A stretch of DNA of 56,846 nt, filler included, from Platydemus manokwari (lineage: Eukaryota), in the NCBI GenBank assembly GCA_037951405.1. It is 5 parts of 5 records of this genome, joined end to end, with 100 filler letters (N's around TTAATTAATTAA, not from the genome) between each part and the next. Parts side by side here need not be neighbours in the genome. Positions count along the whole stretch, not along the records: positions 9,572 to 22,821 come from JBBMOY011783616.1; positions 22,922 to 32,473 come from JBBMOY011233876.1; 3 more parts are not named here. One strand, written 5' to 3'. The position numbers were made by a program, and so were the translations under genes. Each line of letters starts with the position of its first letter. Within the stretch, counting starts at the first letter, position 1. Below are positions 9,951 through 23,000 of this stretch, in pieces. A model generated the notes under the pieces. It was given only the letters and a program-made list of their open reading frames with translations, was not told the origin of the DNA and searched no databases.

Positions 9951-12711
9951 TACATGTATGGTTGTGTAGGTATGCGAATGTTTAAAGTTCCGAAATAAGG
10001 ATTCCGATGTGCAAATCCGTTTTTCTTTTGTAAGATTTCACCTCATTCGACAATACTGAATTAAAATTCTTAATAAATTATTATCACTTAAACCACTAAG
10101 AAAAATTAAGATAAATACAAAATGAGGTTAAGATAGGGGTAGAACATATTTTTCTGATCATCATTGCTTCGATAAACATAATACATTTTGTGAACTAACC
10201 TGTCAATTAAAGGATATTTTCAGAGATATTTATTAAAACAAACAATTCAATATTTTAAAAACTTATTCATTATATATCGGGCGCATAAAGCAGTTTGAAT
10301 TTTTAAATGCGGATGTGTTCTTTAATGATCAATAATATAACTATTTAATTTGGCGTATTCCAAGTTTTTACCTTTGTAAGTCGGTACTTAATTTGATCAA
10401 ATAAAACCTTGGATGTCCAAAGAAGCTTTTTGAGAGGAAAAACTTTGGATTAAAACAAAGAGGAATAACAAGTCGATTTTTATGGATTGAAACACTGATA
10501 AGCTCGAAAGCCTTAACTGAAAGAATCACAAAATAAACTCTTCATATAACATCGTATAACATAAACCAGAAAAAGGACATTACTGTATTTATTGAAGTTG
10601 TGTTACCGAGTGCTATAATAATCCAATCGAATTTCATTATCAATTATTAACCACAATCAAAATTACTTCCTATTTGTCAGTAAACTCTATTTTCATAAAT
10701 TTTAATCCATATTTTCGGTTAATTTTCCAAATTATTATGAAACAATAAATCGGAATGAAAAATGAATATGGCATCAATTGCAGTGTTATTGGAAAAAAAA
10801 ATACAAATGCTCCGCGATGAAATTTTTTGAATTTAAAATCGTAATTTTCTGCTCTTACTCAGTAAGCATATCGAATTTAAATTCGATGAAATTAATTTCA
10901 AAAATTTTCTACAGCTTCAGTTCGGCTCATTCTGGTAATTTCCAAGGGCATCGTAGCATGTCATATGAAATCGATATTTGCAAGCCAAATTAGATTTTAT
11001 TATGTTCTTTCTTTAGGGGTTTGTTTAGTAATTGTTGTTGTTCGAATAATTGAAAAAAATGTGAAATGATTTTTACAATTTTGTTTCTTTCAATCAGCAT
11101 CATTATTTTTAAAATATTTTCAATGAATTTTTATAATTTTTTAATATGACATTCGTTGGTTTATAAAATAATTCAAACGCATTTTGTAAAATTAAATTCA
11201 TAAATTGAAAAATAAATATTTTATACCTAAATGAAGCCACAGAAATTTTCATTTTATTCCCAATTAATTTTAATGGTGAAATAATCGCCATTATATTATT
11301 GATAATGATTACGTCATAAACGTCGGGATAGGAACAGTAGTACAAATTGTTTTTAAGAAACAGTTTTTAATCGTTTTTTTAAATTAAATTGATTGATTGA
11401 TATCTTGTAAGGATTTGTTGGAATATTTTGCTAAAATTTACTGTGGTGAGTTGAACCCCAGTTGATAACGATTGTTTGATTATCACCAACACCGCGGATT
11501 AGATATATTTATCAATGTTTGCACTCTGGATCATGCTCAAATAACAAAGTCAAGATCAAATGATAATATAGTGACAGAAATAACGATCATAAAGTATTGA
11601 TGATCAGAATGATCACACAATGGAATAAGATTTTTAGAAATTTACTTACAATAAAAGACTGACAGTTTCTCTCGAGATTCAACTTATTTATCGACTTGTC
11701 ATGTATTTTTAGCCGTTGTCTTTTATCTTTATCGTATTTATTCGATGAAACAGTCTACCTACTAGATTTATTTAACTCTCGTGTTATTGGTTTACCTTGG
11801 TGCTGACAGTCAGTTGTAGATGCATGTTAATTGATGTTCGAATTTTTTCAGGAATTAGTGTTTTGGAGACATCTGATAGGCTATTGGTGTTTGCAGTCCT
11901 CGTATCTGTTTGTATTGAAGTTTTTGAGGGCTTTTCTTATCTCATCATAGGTACTTTGTTTGTCTTTGTTACACACGCAACAAAAATATCATGCATCACT
12001 TAGTGACAAGTGTTAATTCTTTCTTTAATTCTCTCAATACCCACTTTTTCAACCATCCTACATTCTTAATAACTTTATGATGAGTATTTTTACCATGTTA
12101 ATCACCATTTTGGTTATTTCATTATATTTTAATATAGAACCATATCATAACCATGACGTTCTTTATCAGTGCTTTATCATATACCTTAATTTCTAAATAT
12201 AATTTACCTGCTTGATGATTCAGATTTTTAATCTCTTCCTTCGATAAGATATATTCATTGTCTTTATTATTCAAAACTATTTCTCATAAATGCTTAGAAA
12301 ATTTCTATCCAAACTTAGATGTCATCATGAAAGATCTACCCAGCTTATGACAATAAATATCAACATCTTTGCGTCATTATAATTATTTTATCTATTGATG
12401 TGAAGACTTTTCTCAATTTTAATAGCTTCATATGAATAAAGCATTTGACTGGAAAAGGTGTTTTTAAAAAATTATTTTTATAATGCACAATCTAGGACAA
12501 GGAAATGCTAAGACTTTATTATAAACTATTGGTTTAGATATTAAATAATCAGCTTACACAATTGATTATTAGAACTATTCAAACATCGTTTATGTCGTTA
12601 AATTAAATACACTACAATGCGATATTAAAAGTAGAATATTACAAGGGGATAAACATGGGAATCATCGTAATAGAAGATATAATATTTACAAAATCACGTG
12701 ATCCCATATAC

Positions 12712-12834
12712 CAGAGGTGGCCAACTTTTGTGTACGTAAGATCGACTTTTCATTTGATTAACATCTCACGCGATCGACTAAAATTGGATTCAAGATCGAC
12801 CAGTCGATTGCGATCGAACGGTTGGCCACTCCTG
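12712..12834. mobile_element. 123-bp hAT-type MITE
   Basis: TIRs CAGAGGTGGCCAAC / GTTGGCCACTCCTG. The 8-bp flanks CCATATAC / TCATATAA match 6 of 8. Internal GATCGAC motifs are repeated. Confidence 0.8.
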
Positions 12835-15653
12835 TCATATAAGGCATTTCCATACTAATGATTCTTAGATTTGAACAACAATTTAATGAGAACAGAGTGA
12901 AAGATTTGAGAAATCCTCTTGAGAATATAATTAAAATGACGTCCTAAGTCACGTCAAAGAAAAACTGTCAGTTGTTCCATGAAACACTCAATAATTTTTT
13001 ATCAAAGCCGCTCCAATAAAAATGTATAAAAAAACAAAAAAAATTATTCACTTCAAAGACGTAATTGTTCACAGCAATTGTAAAACATACCATTTTCGAC
13101 AAAGGTAACATTTTTTTAAATCAATATCTTTCTGAATTCGATTTATTGTTAACATCTAACAATTTATTTGACCTAGCTTTAGCCCCCGGAACAGGGGAAA
13201 AGGAACTTAATTTTTATACGTGATCAACTTTATCGATTTATAACATTGACAAGAGTTCAACAAAAATTTATCTGAATAATTTAATATTAATGAAAATGTA
13301 TTTGTAAAAATTGTGAACGACTACTGTTCAATTTAATAAACAGCATTTCCAATGGTGATCAAAAACGTTGTAGAATTTACTTCTCTGTCATTGAATAAGT
13401 CATTTCTTAATTTTAATTTTTAAATTAATTAAACTGACCGCCATTACTAAATCAGTGAAGATATAAATATCATTTAAAATAAGAACTTGAATATTTAAAA
13501 TCAATCTCTGCTGATACTTCTAATTTTAAGCTTAAAAAGATTTCCGCTTTTTCTATTAAGCATGTATTGTGATAACTTGTTAGGTTTTATCTTTTTATGT
13601 TTGTTTAGCTCTGACTTGAAACGTTTACAAAAATTCTTTCTTTTCCCAGGACACAAAAATTATTACAAATTTAAAATTTTTTTAAAATTTTTATGTATTA
13701 TACTTAGAAAATAAAATTTTTAATTTTTATTGATTGATTTTAAAATTAAATTTCCATATTAAAACAATAATAATTTTTTTTTAAAATCACTACACTTGGA
13801 TGACCACGCAAATCAATAGCAAAAAAATATGTTTTTGATTCAATGACCGAAACAGAAGTAGAGATAATATGGTACACTTAAAGGTCACCAACGTTGAAGC
13901 AGATAAGAGTGTGAAAAGACAAATTTATGTTCTGATATGTGGAGAGATCAATTACGTGTGCAATGCGTATTTTGAACATTCTTGTGCTATACTATGTAAG
14001 ATTAGCTGCGTCAGTTTTTATATCATGATAATGATACGATATTAATGGGATAATTCAGCTTTAAATAATAACTATTAATCGGCAATACAGGAATCTAAAA
14101 GTATTGAAGGGTATATAATCCACATATCGCGTTGGAGCGTTTTGTCAGCAATTGATCTGATATTCACATTTAGGAGTTTCAAACGAATGTGGATTATATT
14201 TTGCAATAAATTTTTTCAGAGAAGAGCATTATGTTTTTACTATTAAAGTTGTATTTTTATCGGTTAGGATAGACATTGACTTTTTGGTAATGACAGTTCG
14301 TTTTAATTTACAGTTTTGATATTATATAATAACACAAGCATAGAAGAAAAATTGACAATATCATGACAATGAGTTGACCTCCCATTTAGCAAGTTTTTAT
14401 ATAATTAAGGTACAGATATCTTTTCGATATCTTTTCGAATCATAATTCTGCTTACACTACTAAATGCCATGGTCTTTTGCTATATTTATAATCAAGCATC
14501 TAGGTTTCAAGAATTTTTATTGCCTTTCATACATTTCAAGAACTCGTATTGGGTTACTTTTTACGGTTTCAGAAGCACCCATATGTGTAATTAGCTAAAA
14601 TAAAGCTTTTATGAAGAGTCCTAATTTGTTGGGAGATTCTTCCATACTGAACAGGTTGTAATTGGTTTGGAAAATAAAATATTGCGAGTAACATAAAATA
14701 TTAAACCATAATTTTATCAGTTACCGATATTTTATAATAAATCAATATCTTAACTTTCAAATTCCTTAGTGTTGACAAGAGTACGCCTTTATAATAAACG
14801 GATTCCTTATTAACGGATAAGGATTTCATTTTGAAAATTTTCAATCAATAATTTAAGTATATTATAAATATAATTGCTAGAAAATCAATAAAATTAAATG
14901 TTTGACTAATTTAGATAACACATTAAAGTAATGACAAGCCATATTATTATCACATCTTAATTTCTCTATAGCGCATTGTTCTTCGTCGGATAGAAAAGTT
15001 GTGAGAAGTCCTCAAGTCCTCAAGTCCTGACTTGTTAAAAAATTTAAAATTACAGCAAATATTATCCCCATAAATTTGATAAATGGATCAATAAATTCCA
15101 AAAAAATTTTATGAAAAATGTTAGAAAATGAAAACGGAATTTTAAAAATAAAATAAATTAGAAAATTCCACATTACTAACAATAGAAAGTAGTTGATTTC
15201 ATTCATAATTTATTTTATCCAAAAATGAAAAATGATAAAATATTTGTGGAATCGTTAACATTGTACGGTTTATTTCAAAGACATTTGACAGATTTACAAG
15301 AATATTGATCATCTTACAATAATTATTGATAACCAATACAGAGAACATCATAATATCCACTTTATCAATCACCAAATCCACTAGTTTCAATCAAACGGAC
15401 ATGCTAATGAACCCGGTTGATAATCAACTTGATAAATATTATGATTCCTCGGAGAATAAATTAGAAAAATTAAATTTTTTGCTGCTAGAATAAAATCACA
15501 TTTCAATTATTTTTAATAGAAATCAATGGAGAAACAAGCGATTCCAGTTTTGTGGAAAACATTTTGTTACATTGTTTCATGTCATGTTTCGGAATGGATC
15601 TCATTAAATCGTAATAAATTACTAGATTCATTAGATGATTTATGGATGACAAT

Positions 15654-15695
15654 TGTGAGCCGCTACGATTTTAAAAACCACACATTAAAAAGGCA
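15654..15695 (-). repeat. Fragment of the TRIM-family LTR end
   Basis: TGTGAGCCGCTACGATTTTAAAAACCACACATTAAAA resembles 38873-38910 and 8984-9020. Confidence 0.65.
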
Positions 15696-16421
15696 CTGAA
15701 TAGTCACGACATCCAATTATATTTCTTTCTTTGAAATCTTCGATTTTATTTGTATTCTTAATTAGCATTGTATCAAATGCTCACACATTTATCTAAAAAA
15801 CTCTTCTCTAAATCTTCTTTACATCTTCTCGACCTTTTCTTTATGTTTACTTTAGATCTTCTTTATAACTTATAAGCTACAAGAAAAGCTTAACTGATAT
15901 TATCTTGCGAAAAACCGGTTGAAAATGAAATCCGTTTAGTCTTCGATACAAGTGAATCACAAGTGACTAGTACCTATCTTAACGAGCCATTAGATTTCCA
16001 AGGTAATATTTTTTTATATGCGATTTGAAAACGATTTAAGAAGATCAACCCACTAAAGTATCTTCAATCAAAATATTCAAACAAATAACATAAAGAATGT
16101 TTTAATAATTCATTTTATAAAATTATTAGCTGGAATTCATAGAATATTTAATATATTTACAACCATAAAAAAGGGTTTTTTAAAATGCACAGATTTGGTG
16201 ATTTAAATCTATTTTTTGTGATGATACTAAAAGTAACACGAAATATTGAAATATTAATTTTATTGATTCTTGTTAAGACTCCAATAAACCTTAGATGTTG
16301 CCATGATTTCGTTCGTAATATCGAATTAAAAGAATAATATAAAATCCAAATTAATATTGTTTTCAATAAATCATTATTCGACCTAAGTCTTTAACTAAGT
16401 CAAAAATTAATTCTATACATA

Positions 16422-16455
16422 TGTGTGTGTGTGTGGGTGTGTATGTGGGTGTGTA
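16422..16455. repeat. Imperfect (TG)n microsatellite
   Basis: Directly visible. Confidence 0.9.
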
Positions 16456-17518
16456 TAAGTGATTTTATTCGTGAGAAGAATGCAATCTATTCTCAATGAT
16501 CAACCTATTTATTTAAGCATGAACATCTTTAGATTATCTATTAGTAATGAGTAAAATTCTGGCTAACATTTAAAATAAATAAATAATTTGTAAAAATAAG
16601 TAGTCGGTTAATGTACAGATAAAAAGTTTATTTTTAGAATGTCTTATCAATCAGTTCGAGAGTTTTTGACGAGTATTGATTTTATAGAAAACGATATTTT
16701 GTCTCAATAACGGAATTAAAAAAACTTTAAGCATCGGGACGAGTGGGACTGACATGGCAGTACTTAATAACAAAGTAATAACAAAGCAGAAGTAATAACA
16801 AAGAAATAATATAAGTATTTCCGTTGGTATTATTGGTGTATATCTACTTGATACCGCTGAGAAATACAGAAACAGAAACAATACCCGAAGCTTTTGAATT
16901 CATTGAATTTCCGACACAATGATCAGTTTTGTCTTTACCTAATTCCTAAATTTCTGTTATAAATTTTGTATGATAAAAAATTTAGGTCACTGTTTCAATG
17001 ACATGTCAACAATTGAGAACACAGGTTAAAAAGGTATATTATGGCATAAATAATTAAAAATTTTTCCCTTATCAATAATCACCTAAAATTGATTTCTGAT
17101 TAATAGTATTTTATTTGGGTGAACTCCAACAAGACATGCATGATATAATCACAATGGACAGGATTAATGGCAAAAAGCAGAGGATAATTACCACAAAATA
17201 ATGAACTGAATCAGGTAACAAATGAAGAATGAAAAGGAGTTGACACAGTTAGTGATTGACCTTCAATTTTTTTCATCAAGAAAATATTGAGGCAAATTAA
17301 ATGAAATTCTAATCGAAAGAGAATGATTAAAGATTGACTGCTTGTATATAAAATCTAATGATAAGTCTTTAAATACAAGAAAAGTAGACTAGACAAATAC
17401 AAGAGATAAGGCAAGAAAGACCACCTGCATGTATCTGTAATGAACAGCAAGAAACATTAAGAATTTAACCTGCGGATGAAGAAAAAATAATAAAAATACG
17501 CAAATATATAAATACGAG

Positions 17519-18271
17519 TGTGAGATGTTTTATATGAATTAAATTTCAATTTAACACTTAAATATTCACATTTTATTCAGATTTTATTCAGATTTAATTT
17601 TATTTTATAAAAAAAGTAAATTAATAATAAAATTGGAATTATTTGTTTAAATACTTGGACTTAAAATAGATTGTTTGTATCTTAACTTTTTTGTTTGATT
17701 TTAGTATATGGTTTTTTAAAAAGGTAGCGGCTAACATGGCGACCACGCATCTCGGATCGAGCCTGAAAAGATAAACGACTGTAGATTATAAAGATGATAT
17801 AAGAAAGAGATAGAGAAATTGTAGAAGAGATAAAAAGGGGATATAAAAGAAAATATAATGAGAAGATACAATGAAATATAGAATAGAAGATATAATAGAG
17901 GATATAAAAAGAGATATAACAAAAGATATAATGGAGATGAAAAAGAAGTTATGAAAAGTTAGAAGAATTAGGGTTTTCGTGTAATGAGATATGTCGATGA
18001 TTCAAGACAGAGACAATTAACAAAATCAAAGATTTTAAAGAAAGGGGGGTGTGAGATATTTTATATCGATTAAATATCAATTTAATTCAAAACAATTTTA
18101 ATTCACATTTTATTCAAATATTTGTCAGATTTAATTTTAATTTTATACAAAATTAAATTAATGTAAAATTGGAATTATTTGTTTAAATATTTGGATTTTA
18201 AATATATTGATTGTGTCTTGATTTTTCAGTTTCTTTTTAATGTGTATTTTTTAAAATAGTAGCGGCTAACA
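17519..18271 (+). mobile_element. Complete non-autonomous miniature LTR retrotransposon (TRIM), 753 bp
   Basis: LTRs at 17519-17736 and 18050-18271 run TGTGAG...GCGGCTAACA. PBS TGGCGACCACG is at 17737, PPT AAAGAAAGGGGGG precedes the 3' LTR, and the perfect 5-bp TSD ACGAG lies at 17514-18 and 18272-76. The interior is non-coding and purine-rich. Confidence 0.93.
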
Positions 18272-18705
18272 ACGAGTATCAATGACGAGTTTTAATTCAT
18301 TCCAATCTTTTTTCAACAAATCCAAATCTTGGCTCGAATTCAAATTGAATTCATTACAAGATCTTCGACCTCACGATTCACAGACGTTTATTTTTGTATC
18401 GTACAAATATCAATTAAAATTCCACAAAACTATTTTACAATGCTGTCTGAGTGAGAGGAAATGGATTATTGATTCATAATATGGGCAAAAAGAAAATGAC
18501 AAAACAGCAACAAAACATTGTTGTGATATCCTGTCGCGTAATTCGTACAAATGTTGCCGTAGAAACTACAAACCGGTATGGAAATGAGTCTCATATTTCT
18601 AACGATTTCGAATTTGAATAATCAATAGACCTCTTTTATTGTTATTGCTCGCCACTGATCTTTTTCCAAATGAGCGAATATCGATTGGAAAATAGTATTT
18701 CAACA

Positions 18706-19191
18706 TCATTGATTGATAAATTTTATTACATTTTTTAACTTTGGAAATTTTCGAAAATAAAGTTTAGGCATTTCAGGAAATCGATAGAAATTTAAAAATG
18801 TTTTATTAAGAGTGAATCTACTTTCATATATCGACAAAGCATATTTTCTACACTGTTTAATAGTCTGAACTAAATCTTCCTGGCTGTTATCAACGGTATT
18901 GTAAAAATGGAGAGACATTATGTCTTCGAATTCATTCTCAATGACAAAATTTAAATAAAAATGAACTTTAACTAGTTTCTTCTCAACATAATTATATCCA
19001 TTTATATGAATATCAATAAACAAATCTGGATTTTTTTTCTTCATTGCATATTGTCTTATAATAAAACTCAAATCTGGATTTTCATTATCATTTTCTTCCT
19101 CGATATCGAATAAAGGAAACTCACTAAGTATATCAACAGGCCTAAAACATGTTAAATTTGGTTTTCCTAAAGTATTAAAGTTATTTATCAT
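18706..19191 (-). CDS. Single-exon 161-aa hypothetical protein
   Basis: ATG-started, stop-free 486 nt in very AT-rich DNA, with globular-looking composition. No family recognised. Confidence 0.5.
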   Translation of the reverse strand: MINNFNTLGKPNLTCFRPVDILSEFPLFDIEEENDNENPDLSFIIRQYAMKKKNPDLFIDIHINGYNYVEKKLVKVHFYLNFVIENEFEDIMSLHFYNTVDNSQEDLVQTIKQCRKYALSIYESRFTLNKTFLNFYRFPEMPKLYFRKFPKLKNVIKFINQ

Positions 19192-21029
19192 TTAATTATC
19201 AATTAATGATGAATAATTGATTAACCATTACTTATCAATTCAAATAAAAAAATGAAATCAACTTTAAAACGTATTTCAAGAAAAATCATGAATTTGTGAT
19301 TAATTAAAATTCGATTATTAAACTGAAACATGAATTTTATCAGAAAACGTTCAGTATATATAATAGTTCAAATAAAATGCCTAACCTAAAATCTTGTTAT
19401 ATTACAGAAGATTCCTGGCATGTTGATTGTCTGATTCTGTGTTACAGAGAGATGATATTCTTGGTTATGGTTTTGGTAATTTATTAATTAGAAAGTTAGA
19501 ATATGATAAGAGATGGAATATAATAAGGTAATTATTTTAAATTGATTGAGTGATTAAAAATATCTGGTCATAAAAGTATATTTAAAATCAATATAACTTT
19601 TTATCCATCTAAGATTTATAAATTTCAATTCTTAGAATAATCAGTCTTTAGTTAACAGTGAATTATAATGTTCTGTCAATTTACGAAAAAGTTGTAATAG
19701 GTTGCTAATCATTGAATGTGATTATTTAGTTTTGTGTTTATCATCAATATGCTATTGTTTTTATCTCCGGGAATATTCGAGAGAATAAAAGTTATGTTTA
19801 ACAAATCAGACCATCGAAATAATATTCAACCAACCAAATTATAGTCTTTATTTATATTAGTGTTAGGGTTTCTCAAAAAGTGTATTTAATTTAATGAGTT
19901 GTTACTATTTAAAGTTCTAGGTGACGAGTTCGATTAGTTAGATAACCGAAAAGTTCTATTATCTGAATACAAAGATCCTAAGGATTCCCTAAATTATCCA
20001 ACAACATCTCAGGAATAAAAGCGCTGTTGTGATTCTCCAAAATAGAAAATTTTATATAAATAGACAGTAAAGTATATTTATAATCGATAGAAATATTGAC
20101 ATAGATAAATATTTAATTATCAAATGTACAGAAGGTTCTCCCGCAATGATTTAGCTGTCAATTATATCATCTATTGTTCAAGAACACAACTTTCACGGCT
20201 AGGGAAATGATGAGATTGATTTATTTATAAGATAAGTTTAAAATATTTTCGTAAAGCTATTTATACGAGCTTTGGCAATTATGAAAATATTACAATTAAT
20301 TGAGCGCATAATTTAAATAAAATCTTCTTCAAAAGACGTGATTGATAATTAGCAATTGTGAAAACTTTCTGCTTACATGTTGCTAAATTTATAATCAAAA
20401 TAATTCTCCAAAAATAAGACTGCAATAAGTTTCAAATTCAAAATAGTTTAATTTAAATGACAAAAAATTTATGTGCGGTTGTAAATAATAATAACACCGC
20501 TTATTTAGTATTTTACCTCTTTGTGACCTTTGCTTTATACTTGGGCATTCTATTGTTTTATGTTTTATTGTAGTGGACTTTGTTGAGTAACTCTTGTTCT
20601 TTGTCTTAATGTTGGAGGCTCTGCTAATAAGAGACCTTATCCTCACAAAACTATTATGTTTTAAAATTATTATTTTCGTCGTTTCCTATTTTTGCGCTGT
20701 CTTTGTTTTGCATGATGCTTTGTTTTACAAAGAACGTGTTTTAAAATTTTGTTTCTTTAGTTAAAATTTTATTTTTACTTCATTATTTTATTTTAATTTT
20801 ATTATATAAGTTTATATCATTCGCCCATCCTTAAAAGTTTTGCGTTCCGAAAATTCCCTTATCATGTACATTGTGTGTAGTACATACAATACATGAAAAT
20901 TGATACAAGATATGTGCAGGTCAGATCAAGTGGAGCAGAAAGTCGAATAACGTTATTCAGATAATGAGTCAGAGCAAATATGATTATTTACACAAATTGT
21001 CTATAATGTAATATTTATACAGGATTATT

Positions 21030-22620
21030 GATCGGTGCGGCATTTGTCATCATCGTTTTGTATCACATCTGTTTTGCTTTGCTTCTTCTTCGACTTCTCC
21101 TCAAAGTCTCGGTTGCGAAATTCAAGGTTCTTAGATTTATATTTCCTTATAGATGTACTGGATTCCTCGAATCTGTTCCTTCGACATATTGTTCTATGCA
21201 AGTACCGTTTGTCATCATATTTTCCTTTGTTGTTAGGTTTTCCTCAGTTAACCCTCTTGAAGTAGATGTAGATGGGATGTTATAGTCATAACGATGGAAA
21301 GCCTGATTATTGGCTTCCCCGCCAATATATAATTTTGCAGATTCTTCATCTAGGTCAATCATCTGGTTGTCTTTGTCTAGATCAGGGGTCTCCAAAGTAC
21401 GGCCTGCCAAGCTTACTATGAAACATACGAACATTATGACAAAATTAAGTGATACACATATTTATGATAATCGCGGTATTTTTAATGATGTTTCATCGCG
21501 ATTTTAGATATGTTCCAGAGCGCCCAGAGTTACGAAAATTACATAGATCATTCCATTTTCCGTTATCTCTGGCCCTCCAAATTTTAAAAAATCAGCTATG
21601 TGGCTCGTTGCTGAAAAAATTTGGAGACCCCTGGTTTAGATCAACGGGTCTAGAATTAGGTTTAGGAGTAGATCGGCTTTGTGAATTCTTTATTGTGTTA
21701 TCAATAATGTCCATTCGATTTGATGGTTCCTATTGTTTAGGTTCCTTATCAACGATATCCATTTCAGTAGCTATGTTGTAGCACCGTTGTCACATTAGAT
21801 TCTTTTTAATTCATCGATTTGGTGAGTTCGGGTTCACAAATTTATTCTACGAGATTAGTAGTTGTAAAACCTTATCATTTGGTGTCAGGGTGTTACCCGT
21901 TTACTAATATTGTGTTGCTTGAGGTGGTCTTGATTAATAAACTCATTTACCATTTAGACTCTTGTCTCAGGCCAAATCTTGCATTCCTAGGAGATGTTGC
22001 GATAGTGTTTTTAGGATATTGAGCAGTGAGGCCAGTTAGAATCCTGTCAAAAGATGATTGACTTTCTTGATGCTTTCGGGTTTTGAATTTTGTCATTGCC
22101 ATAGTTTTTTCGGTGACAAATCTTACAGCGTGATCCCTTGTAGTCCCAGATAGTGATTGAGATTATTGATCCTTTTACTTATTGACTCTGTAAATTAAAT
22201 GCAGTGGCCAGTGTACGAACAATGATGAGCATTGTTCTTTGCTCGAGTTGCTCTGCTGTCATGTGTAGATGTCATTAGGTGTGATGTGTGGATTATACGT
22301 TTCCACTGATCCACTAATTATAATGTAAATATTAAGACATATTTTCTCATTTATGTAGGCATATTCCGTTTGTATAAATGGTTTACTTATGATGTTTTCT
22401 TATGATATCAATGCATATAGCTACGATTTTATGCGGGATTCTGTTTCCAAATATAAAGTAGTTTGGGAGTAGATTCTCAAAGTATCTTCTGAATCCAGGG
22501 GTTGTAATCGTCTCAATGAGTTATTGATAAAAGTTATTGTATATATGGGTTTCTGTTGCATAAGTTTGGATGATAGGATAAATTTAAGAGAAGTGTGACA
22601 CTCCTGTACCAGGTAGAGCT
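21030..22620 (-). pseudogene. Decayed coding-like sequence, possibly a retroelement gag/ORF1, interrupted by a MITE
   Basis: The reading ...SRSTPKPNSRPVDL|DKDNQMIDLDEES... is continuous once the MITE and one TSD are removed. Upstream are HCSYTGH and CKICH knuckle-like remnants. Many stops. Confidence 0.3.
21383..21633. mobile_element. 251-bp hAT (Charlie-like) MITE
   Basis: Perfect 14-bp TIRs CAGGGGTCTCCAAA / TTTGGAGACCCCTG. The 8-bp TSD GTCTAGAT / GTTTAGAT matches 7 of 8 with a central TA. Confidence 0.92.
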
Positions 22621-22686
22621 TTAAATCTCAAATAAAAATATTAATTAACACAGATGAATGTTACTAAAGAATAATGAAATGACATA

Positions 22687-22821
22687 ATATTAGGTTGTCC
22701 CATATGAAATGTCCGATTTTTATATATTGAACTTTAAATCAAAGTTTTTTAAAAACTACTTAACATATACTTTGTTTTAATGTTTTATTTGATAGATATT
22801 TAGTGGTATATTCAAATTTCT
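22687..22821 (+). mobile_element. Mariner-type terminal sequence truncated by a gap
   Basis: TA-TTAGGTTGTCCCATATGAAATGTCCGATTTT resembles mariner TIRs and runs into an N gap. Confidence 0.55.
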
Positions 22822-22922
22822 NNNNNNNNNNNNNNNNNNNNNNNNNNNNNNNNNNNNNNNNNNNNTTAATTAATTAANNNNNNNNNNNNNNNNNNNNNNN
22901 NNNNNNNNNNNNNNNNNNNNNG

Positions 22923-22939
22923 ATAATAATAATAATAAT

Positions 22940-22989
<50 letters not shown>

Positions 22990-22990
22990 T
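22923..22990. repeat. (AAT)n microsatellite at a contig end
   Basis: Directly visible. It explains the poly-Y tail of ORF 22941-23426. Confidence 0.95.
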
Positions 22991-23000
22991 AACACAACAC

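Noticed and set aside
10400-10530. KPWMSK..ER LINE-like fragment, and a hAT-like fragment at ~15200-15600
   Set aside because: Only isolated motif hints, insufficient without a search.
19409-19476. LQRDDILGYGF PDZ-like micro-exon
   Set aside because: Too short, with an in-frame stop just upstream and no partner exons.
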